This document shows positions 1 through 6,048 of a stretch of DNA of 55,648 nt, piece by piece. The notes below the pieces were generated by a model. That model was not told the origin of the DNA. It made no database searches and worked only from the letters and a program-made list of their open reading frames with translations. The stretch is taken from the IMG/VR virus record IMGVR_UViG_3300012532_000003, positions 1-55,648 of that record. One strand, given 5' to 3'. The stretch is from a virus. Lineage: Duplodnaviria; Caudoviricetes. The first letter of the stretch is position 1. Each line of letters begins with the position of its first letter. A program made the translations under genes and the position numbers.

Positions 1-147
1 ACCGATGCTTCCGAGAAGGCCGCTCGCGACGCTGGCGTGGCTGACATCAGCGTCATCGAGGTCGAGGCGATGACATGGGAAGAGTTCGAGCGACGGCTTG
101 AGATGCCGCCAGTACCCGAACTGGGGAGGGCACTAAGAATCCCGTAA
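1..147 (+). CDS. 3' end of a hypothetical protein cut by the window edge
   Basis: Frame 1 is open from base 1 to TAA at 145-147 (TDASEKAARD...EEFERRLEMPPVPELGRALRIP) with GC-rich codon usage. Confidence 0.55.
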   Translation, partial: TDASEKAARDAGVADISVIEVEAMTWEEFERRLEMPPVPELGRALRIP

Positions 148-174
148 AGGGCACCTATTCCAAGGAATGCTATC

Positions 175-321
175 TTGAAACCAACACCATGCCCTGTCTG
201 TGGTTGGCCGGACGGGTTTCACGACACTGAGGATCGGAACGGGCAACACCGTTCGCATGTTGTTCCGCGACATCTTGTGCGCCCAAGCAACAGCGCACTG
301 AGGAAGGACTGTTCAAAATGA
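175..321 (+). CDS. 48-aa Cys/His protein (CPVC...H), possible Zn-binding
   Basis: AAGGA RBS, TTG start, MKPTPCPVCGWPDGFHD...; stop overlaps the next ATG (ATGA). Below the ORF-track cutoff. Confidence 0.5.
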   Translation: MKPTPCPVCGWPDGFHDTEDRNGQHRSHVVPRHLVRPSNSALRKDCSK

Positions 322-545
322 CCAAGTCACCAAAGCTTGACAGCCTCCTGAGTACCAACACCGGTTGGCATAAGAGCAGCCGGAGCGGGCCATACTCTGA
401 TAACTGCGTTGAGGTTGCGTTTCTACCGGAAGGCGTAGTTGCAGTACGCGACTCGAAAAACCCAACAGGACCCGCGTTGATTTACACCCAATCCGAATGG
501 GATGCCTTTATCCTTGGTGCCAAGGATGGAGAGTTCAACATCTGA
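318..545 (+). CDS. DUF397 (BldB-family) protein
   Basis: WHKSSRS...NCVEVA...VAVRDSKNPTGPAL.YT..EW.AFI.G.K.GEF signature; GAGGAAGG RBS. Confidence 0.92.
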   Translation: MTKSPKLDSLLSTNTGWHKSSRSGPYSDNCVEVAFLPEGVVAVRDSKNPTGPALIYTQSEWDAFILGAKDGEFNI

Positions 546-784
546 TGGGTTACTGGCGAAAGTCTTCCTACAGCGGCGGCGCGGGTGACTGCGTTGAGGT
601 CTGGCGAAAGAGTTCTCGTTGTGAGTCGGGACTCTGTGTCGAAGTCACCACCTGCAACTGCGATGATCACACTGTTCTGGTACGTGACAGCAAGGACCCA
701 CACGGGCCGATTCTAAGCTTTGGTCTTTCCCAATGGAAAGCATTCACAGATGGCATCAAGAACGGCGAGTTCGACAGGAGGTAA
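545..784 (+). CDS. DUF397 (BldB-family) protein with duplicated N-terminal motif
   Basis: ATG at 545 (TGATG coupling); WRKSS..CVEV twice, then VRDSKDPHGP.L.F...W.AF..GIKNGEFD. Confidence 0.9.
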   Translation: MGYWRKSSYSGGAGDCVEVWRKSSRCESGLCVEVTTCNCDDHTVLVRDSKDPHGPILSFGLSQWKAFTDGIKNGEFDRR

Positions 785-791
785 GAACGTC

Positions 792-896
792 ATGCGGAAG
801 TTGGCACTTGCAGTGCTCGGGCTCGGCGCCGTTGCCTTGCTTATATACAAAAACAAGGACCGGATCGCTCTGGCAGCCCACAGAAACAAGGAATAG
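792..896 (+). CDS. 34-aa single-pass membrane protein
   Basis: AGGAGGT RBS; MRKLALAVLGLGAVALLIYKNKDRIALAAHRNKE. Confidence 0.6.
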   Translation: MRKLALAVLGLGAVALLIYKNKDRIALAAHRNKE

Positions 897-958
897 GCCA
901 GAAGGCTCTCGTCTAAAACCAAAGAGCAAGCGCCTGTTCCAGCTCTCGTCTAAACTTA

Positions 959-1000
959 GGAGTCAAAGGAAACGGTCTGTAAAACCGTCGCGTAATACTA
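959..1000 (+). pseudogene. tRNA-Tyr(GTA) remnant (part of D arm, anticodon arm, variable arm)
   Basis: GAGTCAAAGGA-A-ACGGT-CTGTAAA-ACCGT-CGCGTAA matches the tRNA-Tyr core; no acceptor stem or T arm. Confidence 0.55.
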
Positions 1001-1003
1001 CAC

Positions 1004-1053
1004 TGTGGATAATCCGTGTCAGAACCTAAGAGCCAGTATAGCGATTATCCACA
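1004..1053 (+). other. 11-bp perfect inverted repeat; each arm contains a perfect DnaA box
   Basis: TGTGGATAATC (1004-1014) / GATTATCCACA (1043-1053). Confidence 0.7.
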
Positions 1054-1055
1054 AC

Positions 1056-1128
1056 GCCCCCATAGTTCAGCGGAAAGAACAGTGGACTTCTAATCCTCAG
1101 GTCACAGGTTCGAATCCTGTTGGGGGTA
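1056..1128 (+). tRNA. tRNA-Arg(TCT)
   Basis: GCCCCCA/TGGGGGT acceptor, GTTC/GAAC D stem, CTTCTAA loop, ACAGG-TTCGAAT-CCTGT; one T-T mismatch in the anticodon stem. Confidence 0.93.
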
Positions 1129-1143
1129 CGCACTCTTATATCT

Positions 1144-1228
1144 GGAGAGGCCACCCGATTGGCGACGGGCGCAGTCTTGAAAACTGTTAGAGCGTGACGC
1201 TTTGGGGGTTCAACTCCCTCCCTCTCCG
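1144..1228 (+). tRNA. tRNA-Ser(TGA)
   Basis: GGAGAGG/CCTCTCC acceptor, GCAGT-CTTGAAA-ACTGT, long variable arm, G73. Confidence 0.92.
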
Positions 1229-1397
1229 CATGAAGAAGTGTCTATTCATAGTGGTAGCTCTGCTCACGCAAACCATTCCGTATTTTGTCCACCACCTGTG
1301 GCACCACCAATCATTCATTTCATAGTACGGTAGCCCACTTGAGGATAATCCCGTTTAAACGTACGAAAGGTGTCCCAATAAGTACTACCAGGCCGTA

Positions 1398-1472
1398 CGG
1401 GTACTAGCTCAGTTTGGTTAGAGCGCTCGCTTTGGGAGCGAGAGGCCGGGCGTTCAAATCGCTCGTACCCGA
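1398..1472 (+). tRNA. tRNA-Pro(TGG)
   Basis: CGGGTAC/GTACCCG, GCTC/GAGC, CTCGC-TTTGGGA-GCGAG, TTCAAAT T loop. Confidence 0.95.
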
Positions 1473-1473
1473 C

Positions 1474-1579
1474 GTAGATTCCGTTCAGATGCAAGGTCTG
1501 ACAATAGCGGCACATTGGAAGAGATGTGCGAAAACTTAGGGAAAGTGGCAGCACGACGCCTGACCCTCGCGGAATCTAC
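1474..1579 (+). ncRNA. Candidate 106-nt multibranch RNA
   Basis: 10-bp closing stem GTAGATTCCG/CGGAATCTAC; inner hairpins TCAGA/TCTGA, GCACAT/ATGTGC, AGGG..GGC/GCC..CCCT; fills the space between two tRNA units. Confidence 0.65.
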
Positions 1580-1582
1580 CTT

Positions 1583-1648
1583 GTCCCTATGACGTTCCTG
1601 GCGGAGCGCCCCGCCTGCAAAGCGGGTATTTATCAGGGGTTAGGGCCT
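1583..1648 (+). pseudogene. tRNA-Cys(GCA) lacking the T loop and 3' T stem
   Basis: GTCCCTA/TAGGGCC acceptor (1 mismatch), CCCGC-CTGCAAA-GCGGG, T73 discriminator; AGGGGT runs straight into the acceptor 3' strand. Confidence 0.75.
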
Positions 1649-1666
1649 CGCGGAGAAAATTAAGCC

Positions 1667-1740
1667 GGTGTTGCGCGAGGGGGCTTGCCTTGGGACACCT
1701 GGCCAGGTAACCATCAGATAGGCTCAGCTCGCGCAACACC
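1667..1740 (+). ncRNA. Candidate 74-nt rod/hairpin RNA
   Basis: 13-bp perfect stem GGTGTTGCGCGAG/CTCGCGCAACACC enclosing GCCT/AGGC and an ACCTGGCCAGGT apex. Confidence 0.6.
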
Positions 1741-1810
1741 TCCCAGATTCATAATAACAAAGGTTGGATAATGTCTCTCTTATTGAATCAAAGCCAAAGG
1801 TCAAGGTAAA

Positions 1811-1885
1811 GCTCCCATAGCCCAACATGGCAGAGGCGCCTGACTTAAGATCAGGATAGTGTAGGTTCGAGTCCTACTGGGAGCA
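1811..1885 (+). tRNA. tRNA-Leu(TAA), short variable loop (bldA-equivalent anticodon)
   Basis: GCTCCCA/TGGGAGC, CCTGA-CTTAAGA-TCAGG, GTAGG-TTCGAGT-CCTAC, A73. Confidence 0.93.
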
Positions 1886-1925
1886 CCCAGTGCCCGTTAA
1901 CCACATCTACTTCACTTAACGGCTT

Positions 1926-1999
1926 TCGGGCGTAGCTCAATTAGGCAGAGCCGATGATTGTTAATCATCTTGTTGTAGGTTCGAATCCTGCCGCTCGAG
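1926..1999 (+). tRNA. tRNA-Asn(GTT)
   Basis: TCGGGCG/CGCTCGA, GATGA-TTGTTAA-TCATC, TTCGAAT, G73. Confidence 0.93.
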
Positions 2000-2051
2000 C
2001 GCGACAAATGTGTATGTTGACTGGGATAAGACGTCTAACGAAAAGGAAATC

Positions 2052-2411
2052 ATGGGATTCAACGTAGCTGAAAACGACCTAACCGCTCTCGCCGACATCG
2101 AGGTCAGGAAAGAACTGTTAAAAAAAGTTCAAGATAGGCTTGTAGCCGAAAAGATGGCCATTGCTGATGCACTCGGTGAGGACACCTTTTCTGAAGGTGA
2201 AGTCATTACCTTCAAGAAGAAATTCCAAAAAGATGGAATATCGTATTCATTCGCAGCCATCAAGGCGGGCGGCAAGTGGTATGCGACCGGTAGCAACAGC
2301 ACCAGCATCAATAGCTGGGAAGAGCTGGTCACGTTCTTAGTCACCGGCAATATCCCTACAACATCCTTTACCAAGATGGTCCACGTCAACGAACAAGAGG
2401 AAGAAGCGTAG
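2052..2411 (+). CDS. Conserved-type actinophage hypothetical protein
   Basis: AAGGA RBS before ATG 2052; YSFAAIKAGGKWYATG...SWEELVTFL motif. Confidence 0.75.
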   Translation: MGFNVAENDLTALADIEVRKELLKKVQDRLVAEKMAIADALGEDTFSEGEVITFKKKFQKDGISYSFAAIKAGGKWYATGSNSTSINSWEELVTFLVTGNIPTTSFTKMVHVNEQEEEA

Positions 2412-2415
2412 GGTT

Positions 2416-2449
2416 AACCCCCGTAGTTCAATGAACAAACAGAACAACA
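2416..2449 (+). repeat. Degenerate duplicate of the 5' third of the adjacent tRNA-Arg
   Basis: AACCCCCGTAGTTCAA...ACAGAACAACA occurs at 2416 and again at 2449. Confidence 0.85.
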
Positions 2450-2521
2450 ACCCCCGTAGTTCAACGGACAGAACAACACCCTCCTAAGGTGTCAGTCCCG
2501 GTTCGATTCCGGGCGGGGGTG
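2450..2521 (+). tRNA. tRNA-Arg(CCT)
   Basis: ACCCCCG/CGGGGGT, ACACC-CTCCTAA-GGTGT, CCCGG-TTCGATT-CCGGG. Confidence 0.94.
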
Positions 2522-2538
2522 CTCGACCACACATAGAA

Positions 2539-2934
2539 ATGGGACGAAACATAATGAGCTGGGTAGACACTGCGTATCACAGAGTTCGTTACCTTCGCGA
2601 GGCGACCGACGCTGCACACGGCACCGAAGAATGCTCCGGAACCGTGGACGGGATCTATTGTGAGAAATGCGCTCACCTCCAGGTCCGCTGGGAGAAGTTC
2701 TACCGAGACCTGCCGAGGTGGGTGCTGCTACTGTTTGTGGCGTTCATCAGTGTCCGACACCCGAGCTTAGCGCTCACACCTGAGGAGTGCAAGATCAAAA
2801 AGAAAATCTCATTCATCAAGCCAATGTTCTACTTAGCAGTGCTTGTTGTGATTGTCTGGATGGCATACCGGTCTGGAATCTGGCCTACGCTGAACAATCT
2901 TATCGGTAAAACCCTCGTTGGTGTGGCTCACTAG
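2539..2934 (+). CDS. Membrane protein with N-terminal Cys/His cluster
   Basis: 131-aa ORF; H...C...CEKC and two hydrophobic segments; start uncertain (2539 or 2554). Confidence 0.65.
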   Translation: MGRNIMSWVDTAYHRVRYLREATDAAHGTEECSGTVDGIYCEKCAHLQVRWEKFYRDLPRWVLLLFVAFISVRHPSLALTPEECKIKKKISFIKPMFYLAVLVVIVWMAYRSGIWPTLNNLIGKTLVGVAH

Positions 2935-2967
2935 GACAAAACGGACATATCTCCGACTGTCGAGCCG

Positions 2968-2996
2968 TTGACACAATCAAGATTAAGTGTTAAGCT
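2968..2996 (+). promoter_or_regulatory. Housekeeping-sigma promoter for the Ro60 gene
   Basis: TTGACA-17 nt-TAAGCT, 48 nt upstream of the GTG start; the same hexamers recur at 14577-14606. Confidence 0.7.
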
Positions 2997-3044
2997 TTGG
3001 TGAACGGACACATTCATTTGAAAAAGTGAGTCGAGAGGATCAAA

Positions 3045-4649
3045 GTGTCAAATCCATACACGAGATTTCTAAGCACACCAGTTCCGCAGAGTGAACAAGA
3101 AGACCCACGCCAGGTAGCAAACAGCGCCGGTGGGTTCTCTTTTGTGATCGATGACAAAGCGAGACTGGAACGGTTCCTGATTCTTGGCACAGACGGCGGA
3201 ACATATTATATTAACGAGCGAGACCTCACGAAGCAGAACGTTGATTTCCTAGTTGACCTCATCAAGCGCAACGGAGAGCTAGTCCTTGAGACAGCTCATG
3301 ACATCTCCGTTGAGGGCCGTGCTTACCGTAACTCCGCAGCCATTTTTGTCATGGCCTTGCTTTTCAGGTATGCTTCTGACGAGGTAAAGTCCAAGGCAAA
3401 GGCTCTTTTTCCCAAGATTGTTCGCACATCTACTCATCTGTTCGAGTTCGCCAAATACATCGAGCTGATGGGTGGCTGGGGACGCGCGAAGCGTTCCGTC
3501 GTGGCGAGCTGGTACCTGAGCAAGACACCGGACAAGCTGGCTTACCAGGCGGTAAAGTACCGTCAGCGCGATGGCTGGACACACCGTGACCTGTTCCGGC
3601 TTTCACACCCAAAGGGTGTCAACCAGGAACTCGGCAACTTCATTCTCGGAAAAGAAGTTGGTCCTGGCGGTTTTCCAGGTATCATTTGTGGTTTTGCTAA
3701 TGCTCAGGCTTCGGAAAACGTTTATGACCTGATCCAAATCCTTAATGATTACCCTAACTTGCCTTGGGAAGCACTGCCAACTCAGTTCCATAAGGAACCA
3801 GATGTATGGCGAAAGCTTTTCTACAATGGCCAGATCACTGGTCAGGCGCTTGTGCGTAATATTACTCGTCTCGCTCGCATTGCTGCTTTTGATGACATGG
3901 TTTTCACTGCTGACTATGCTAGTAAGCTTGTTGACGAGGAAATGATCGCGCGTACACGCTTACACCCAACTAACTACCTAAACGCGCTCGTGGTTCACGA
4001 GGAAGGGCAGATAGCTCGCAATCGCTCCACATGGTGTTCTGGTAGTCGAGAGAGGAGCTGGACGACCGTACCAGCCATCAGAGACGCGCTCAACGAAGGG
4101 TTCCACCTGGCATTCAAGCACGTTGAACCAGCCAACAAGCGCACACTGTTGGCACTTGATGTGTCAGGATCAATGTCTTACCCCGCGATAGGCATTGACC
4201 TGTCGGCTGATCAGGTTGGCGCGGCAATGGCCATGACCGTGGCTCGGACCGAGCCGTACTACACCGTTATGGGGTTCTCGACAGAGTTCAAGGACCTGGG
4301 AATCTCGCCTGGTCAAAGCCTGAGCCAGGTACTCCAAAAAACCACCAATATGAACTTTGGCGGCACGGACTGCTCGTTGCCCATGGTTTGGGCGCATCGT
4401 AAAAGGATAGAAGTCGACACGTTCCTGGTCATTACGGACAATGAAACGTGGGCCGGAAGCATACACCCACACGTGGCACTCCGAAACTATCGACAGGCAA
4501 TGGGCATTGACGCACGGTTGGTTGTCGCTGGGGTGGCATCGAATGGTTTCACAATAGCTGACCCAACCGATGCGGGAATGCTCGATGTTGTGGGCTTTGA
4601 CTCTAACGTACCAAAGGTAATAGCCGATTTTTCGGCCGGAAGATTTTAA
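3045..4649 (+). CDS. rsr: Ro60/TROVE-domain RNA-binding protein (Rsr) with vWA domain
   Basis: QVANSAGGFSF, RFLILGTDGGTYY, GWGRAKR, AYQAVKYRQRDGWTHRDLFRLSHP, LALDVSGSM (MIDAS), GGTDCSLPM, ITDNETW, MLDVVGFD. Confidence 0.97.
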   Translation: MSNPYTRFLSTPVPQSEQEDPRQVANSAGGFSFVIDDKARLERFLILGTDGGTYYINERDLTKQNVDFLVDLIKRNGELVLETAHDISVEGRAYRNSAAIFVMALLFRYASDEVKSKAKALFPKIVRTSTHLFEFAKYIELMGGWGRAKRSVVASWYLSKTPDKLAYQAVKYRQRDGWTHRDLFRLSHPKGVNQELGNFILGKEVGPGGFPGIICGFANAQASENVYDLIQILNDYPNLPWEALPTQFHKEPDVWRKLFYNGQITGQALVRNITRLARIAAFDDMVFTADYASKLVDEEMIARTRLHPTNYLNALVVHEEGQIARNRSTWCSGSRERSWTTVPAIRDALNEGFHLAFKHVEPANKRTLLALDVSGSMSYPAIGIDLSADQVGAAMAMTVARTEPYYTVMGFSTEFKDLGISPGQSLSQVLQKTTNMNFGGTDCSLPMVWAHRKRIEVDTFLVITDNETWAGSIHPHVALRNYRQAMGIDARLVVAGVASNGFTIADPTDAGMLDVVGFDSNVPKVIADFSAGRF

Positions 4650-4658
4650 TGAAAAGCT

Positions 4659-4822
4659 CCAAGATGTCCACAGGAGGTCGCAGAGCAGACGTGCTCAATA
4701 TTCGGACAGTGGCGACATTGTTCGATGAAGACCAATAAAGAGTTGCCAACACGCGGATAATCCATGGGTAGTCCGCTGAGGGCGCTAAAAGCTGAGTACA
4801 AAGCCCTAGGAGTACATCTTGG
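4659..4822 (+). ncRNA. Candidate 164-nt multibranch RNA directly downstream of rsr
   Basis: Closing stem CCAAGATGT/ACATCTTGG; inner stems GAGCA/TGCTC, TGGCGAC/GTTGCCA, GCGGA/TCCGC, AGGGC/GCCCT. Confidence 0.6.
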
Positions 4823-4827
4823 CCCTT

Positions 4828-4889
4828 GCCTCCGTATCCCAACCTGATTCAAGATCAGGAAGTTGTGCGTTCGAATCGCACCGGAGGTA
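4828..4889 (+). tRNA. D-arm-less tRNA-Leu(CAA), 62 nt (may be a pseudogene)
   Basis: GCCTCCG/CGGAGGT, only TATCCCAA where the D arm should be, CCTGA-TTCAAGA-TCAGG, GTGCG-TTCGAAT-CGCAC, A73. Confidence 0.75.
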
Positions 4890-4890
4890 C

Positions 4891-4936
4891 GCTTGAACCA
4901 AAGATCGACTTTTTTCCATCCTACACACGTTCAAGC
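4891..4936 (+). ncRNA. Spacer hairpin with C/A-rich loop
   Basis: GCTTGAAC/GTTCAAGC stem; loop contains CCATCCTACACAC. Confidence 0.5.
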
Positions 4937-4939
4937 TTA

Positions 4940-5013
4940 GCCGGCGTAGCACAACCTGGAAGTGCATCTCACTTGTAATGAGAAGGTTAAGAGTTCGAAT
5001 CTCTTCGTCGGCT
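4940..5013 (+). tRNA. tRNA-Thr(TGT)
   Basis: GCCGGCG/CGTCGGC, GCAC/GTGC, TCTCA-CTTGTAA-TGAGA, TTCGAAT. Confidence 0.94.
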
Positions 5014-5015
5014 CT

Positions 5016-5066
5016 GACACCAACCAAGGACGAGTCCACATCTACATTTCCACGAGCGTTGGTGTC
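5016..5066 (+). ncRNA. Spacer hairpin with C/A-rich loop
   Basis: GACACCAAC/GTTGGTGTC stem; loop contains CCACATCTAC, identical to the loop of the 1894-1922 hairpin. Confidence 0.5.
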
Positions 5067-5073
5067 TCAAAGC

Positions 5074-5196
5074 TATCCTAAGCCAAACGTGTGCGCGACA
5101 AACCGATTAGCTGGCCGCTTAGGATAATTTTTGATAACAGAATATGATCCTAGGCCAAATCTAGCGCGACAAACCGATATGCGACCGCTTAGGATA
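5074..5196 (+). ncRNA. Candidate 123-nt pseudo-symmetric rod RNA built from two ~50-nt repeats
   Basis: Two copies of ATCCTARGC-CAAA-X-GCGCGACAAACCGAT-Y-CC-GCTTAGGATA; X1 pairs with Y2 and Y1 pairs with X2. Confidence 0.65.
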
Positions 5197-5198
5197 AT

Positions 5199-5272
5199 GC
5201 GCTTCGGCGGGCAGGTGGTCCGGGCCTGTCTTATAAACAGGTTTGAGTAGAGTTCGATTCTCTAGGGGCGCA
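5199..5272 (+). tRNA. tRNA-Ile(TAT)
   Basis: GCGCTTC/GGGGCGC, CGGGC/GTCCG D stem, CCTGT-CTTATAA-ACAGG, TAGAG-TTCGATT-CTCTA, A73. Confidence 0.85.
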
Positions 5273-5313
5273 CCTTGCACCACAGTTATGTCAGCGTAAG
5301 AAACGGAGAACAG

Positions 5314-5535
5314 ATGATCGTGCGCCACCTTGTGGATACGGTTCTGGCCCAGCCATGCCCACCAAATCAAATTTGCCAAGAAAAACCAAAACTGCCAGCA
5401 TTCAACTATCCGCTCATAGCAGCATGTGCCATTGTTGCGCTCGTGCTCATCAGCGCTTGGAAGCACTTGCCAAAAGGTGTGCTAGTCTTCGGTGCACTGA
5501 TGCTCGGAGCTATTTTTTATTACCTAGTTAGGTAG
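5314..5535 (+). CDS. Small two-TM membrane protein
   Basis: GGAG RBS, ATG 5314; two hydrophobic helices. Confidence 0.7.
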   Translation: MIVRHLVDTVLAQPCPPNQICQEKPKLPAFNYPLIAACAIVALVLISAWKHLPKGVLVFGALMLGAIFYYLVR

Positions 5536-5550
5536 GAAGGTCCGAAAAAC

Positions 5551-5640
5551 GTGAGTAAGATCGTAGAAAACTTCCTCGGAATTACAATTTTCCTCGGCAT
5601 ATTATTTGTATTACACTTCACATTCCACTGGCCTTGGTAA
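5551..5640 (+). CDS. 29-aa membrane peptide
   Basis: AGGAAGGT RBS, GTG start; MSKIVENFLGITIFLGILFVLHFTFHWPW. Confidence 0.5.
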   Translation: MSKIVENFLGITIFLGILFVLHFTFHWPW

Positions 5641-5653
5641 AAATAGCAAAATT

Positions 5654-5725
5654 TGGCTCGTCGACTAATTGGCAGGTCCTCAGATTTTGGTTCTGATTGT
5701 CGAGGTTCGAGTCCTCGCGAGCCAG
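5654..5725 (+). tRNA. tRNA-Gln(TTG)
   Basis: TGGCTCG/CGAGCCA, TCAGA-TTTTGGT-TCTGA, CGAGG-TTCGAGT-CCTCG. Confidence 0.93.
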
Positions 5726-5730
5726 CGTAT

Positions 5731-5801
5731 GGGCCGTAAGCATTAAGGTGATGCTCCTGACTTTTAATCAGGAGAAGTGGGATCAATACCCTCACGGCCT
5801 A
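5731..5801 (+). tRNA. tRNA-Lys(TTT) with non-canonical T loop
   Basis: GGGCCGT/ACGGCCT, GCAT/ATGC, CCTGA-CTTTTAA-TCAGG; T loop ATCAATA. Confidence 0.8.
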
Positions 5802-5829
5802 CTGCCTTATACAAAAGAGGAGGGTTTCA

Positions 5830-6039
5830 ATGCAGGACACTATGACCATCGTCTCGTTCCAGTACCGGCTTGGCCAAGACCTGTTCGGCACCTCAATCGA
5901 TGTTGAAACCGAGCAGTGGAACGACTACTCACCGGCAGAGAGGTTAGAATACCTGGAAAACGCTGCGCTGGACGAGATCCGAGATGACATTGTTATCGAG
6001 GAAGACTCAATCATCGAAGAACAAGACGAACCGGACTAA
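5830..6039 (+). CDS. Small, very acidic hypothetical protein
   Basis: GAGGAGG RBS; 69 aa, D/E-rich C-terminus. Confidence 0.75.
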   Translation: MQDTMTIVSFQYRLGQDLFGTSIDVETEQWNDYSPAERLEYLENAALDEIRDDIVIEEDSIIEEQDEPD

Positions 6040-6048
6040 GGAACCCCG

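Noticed and set aside
905-1034. Mini CRISPR array
   Set aside because: Repeats are short, degenerate and unevenly spaced; the Cas4-like gene is a standard phage exonuclease and no cas operon is present
1230-1325. 31-codon hydrophobic ORF after tRNA-Ser
   Set aside because: No RBS and it starts 2 nt after the tRNA; cannot be told from chance
1335-1372. Hammerhead-like TTGAGGA...CGAAA
   Set aside because: The core is not CTGANGA, stem II lacks a closing pair, and no stem I/III with a cleavage triplet can be built
2958-2973. TGTCGA-GCCG-TTGACA hairpin resembling the Y RNA Ro-binding helix
   Set aside because: No bulged C, only 16 nt, and TTGACA is explained as the -35 box of the rsr promoter
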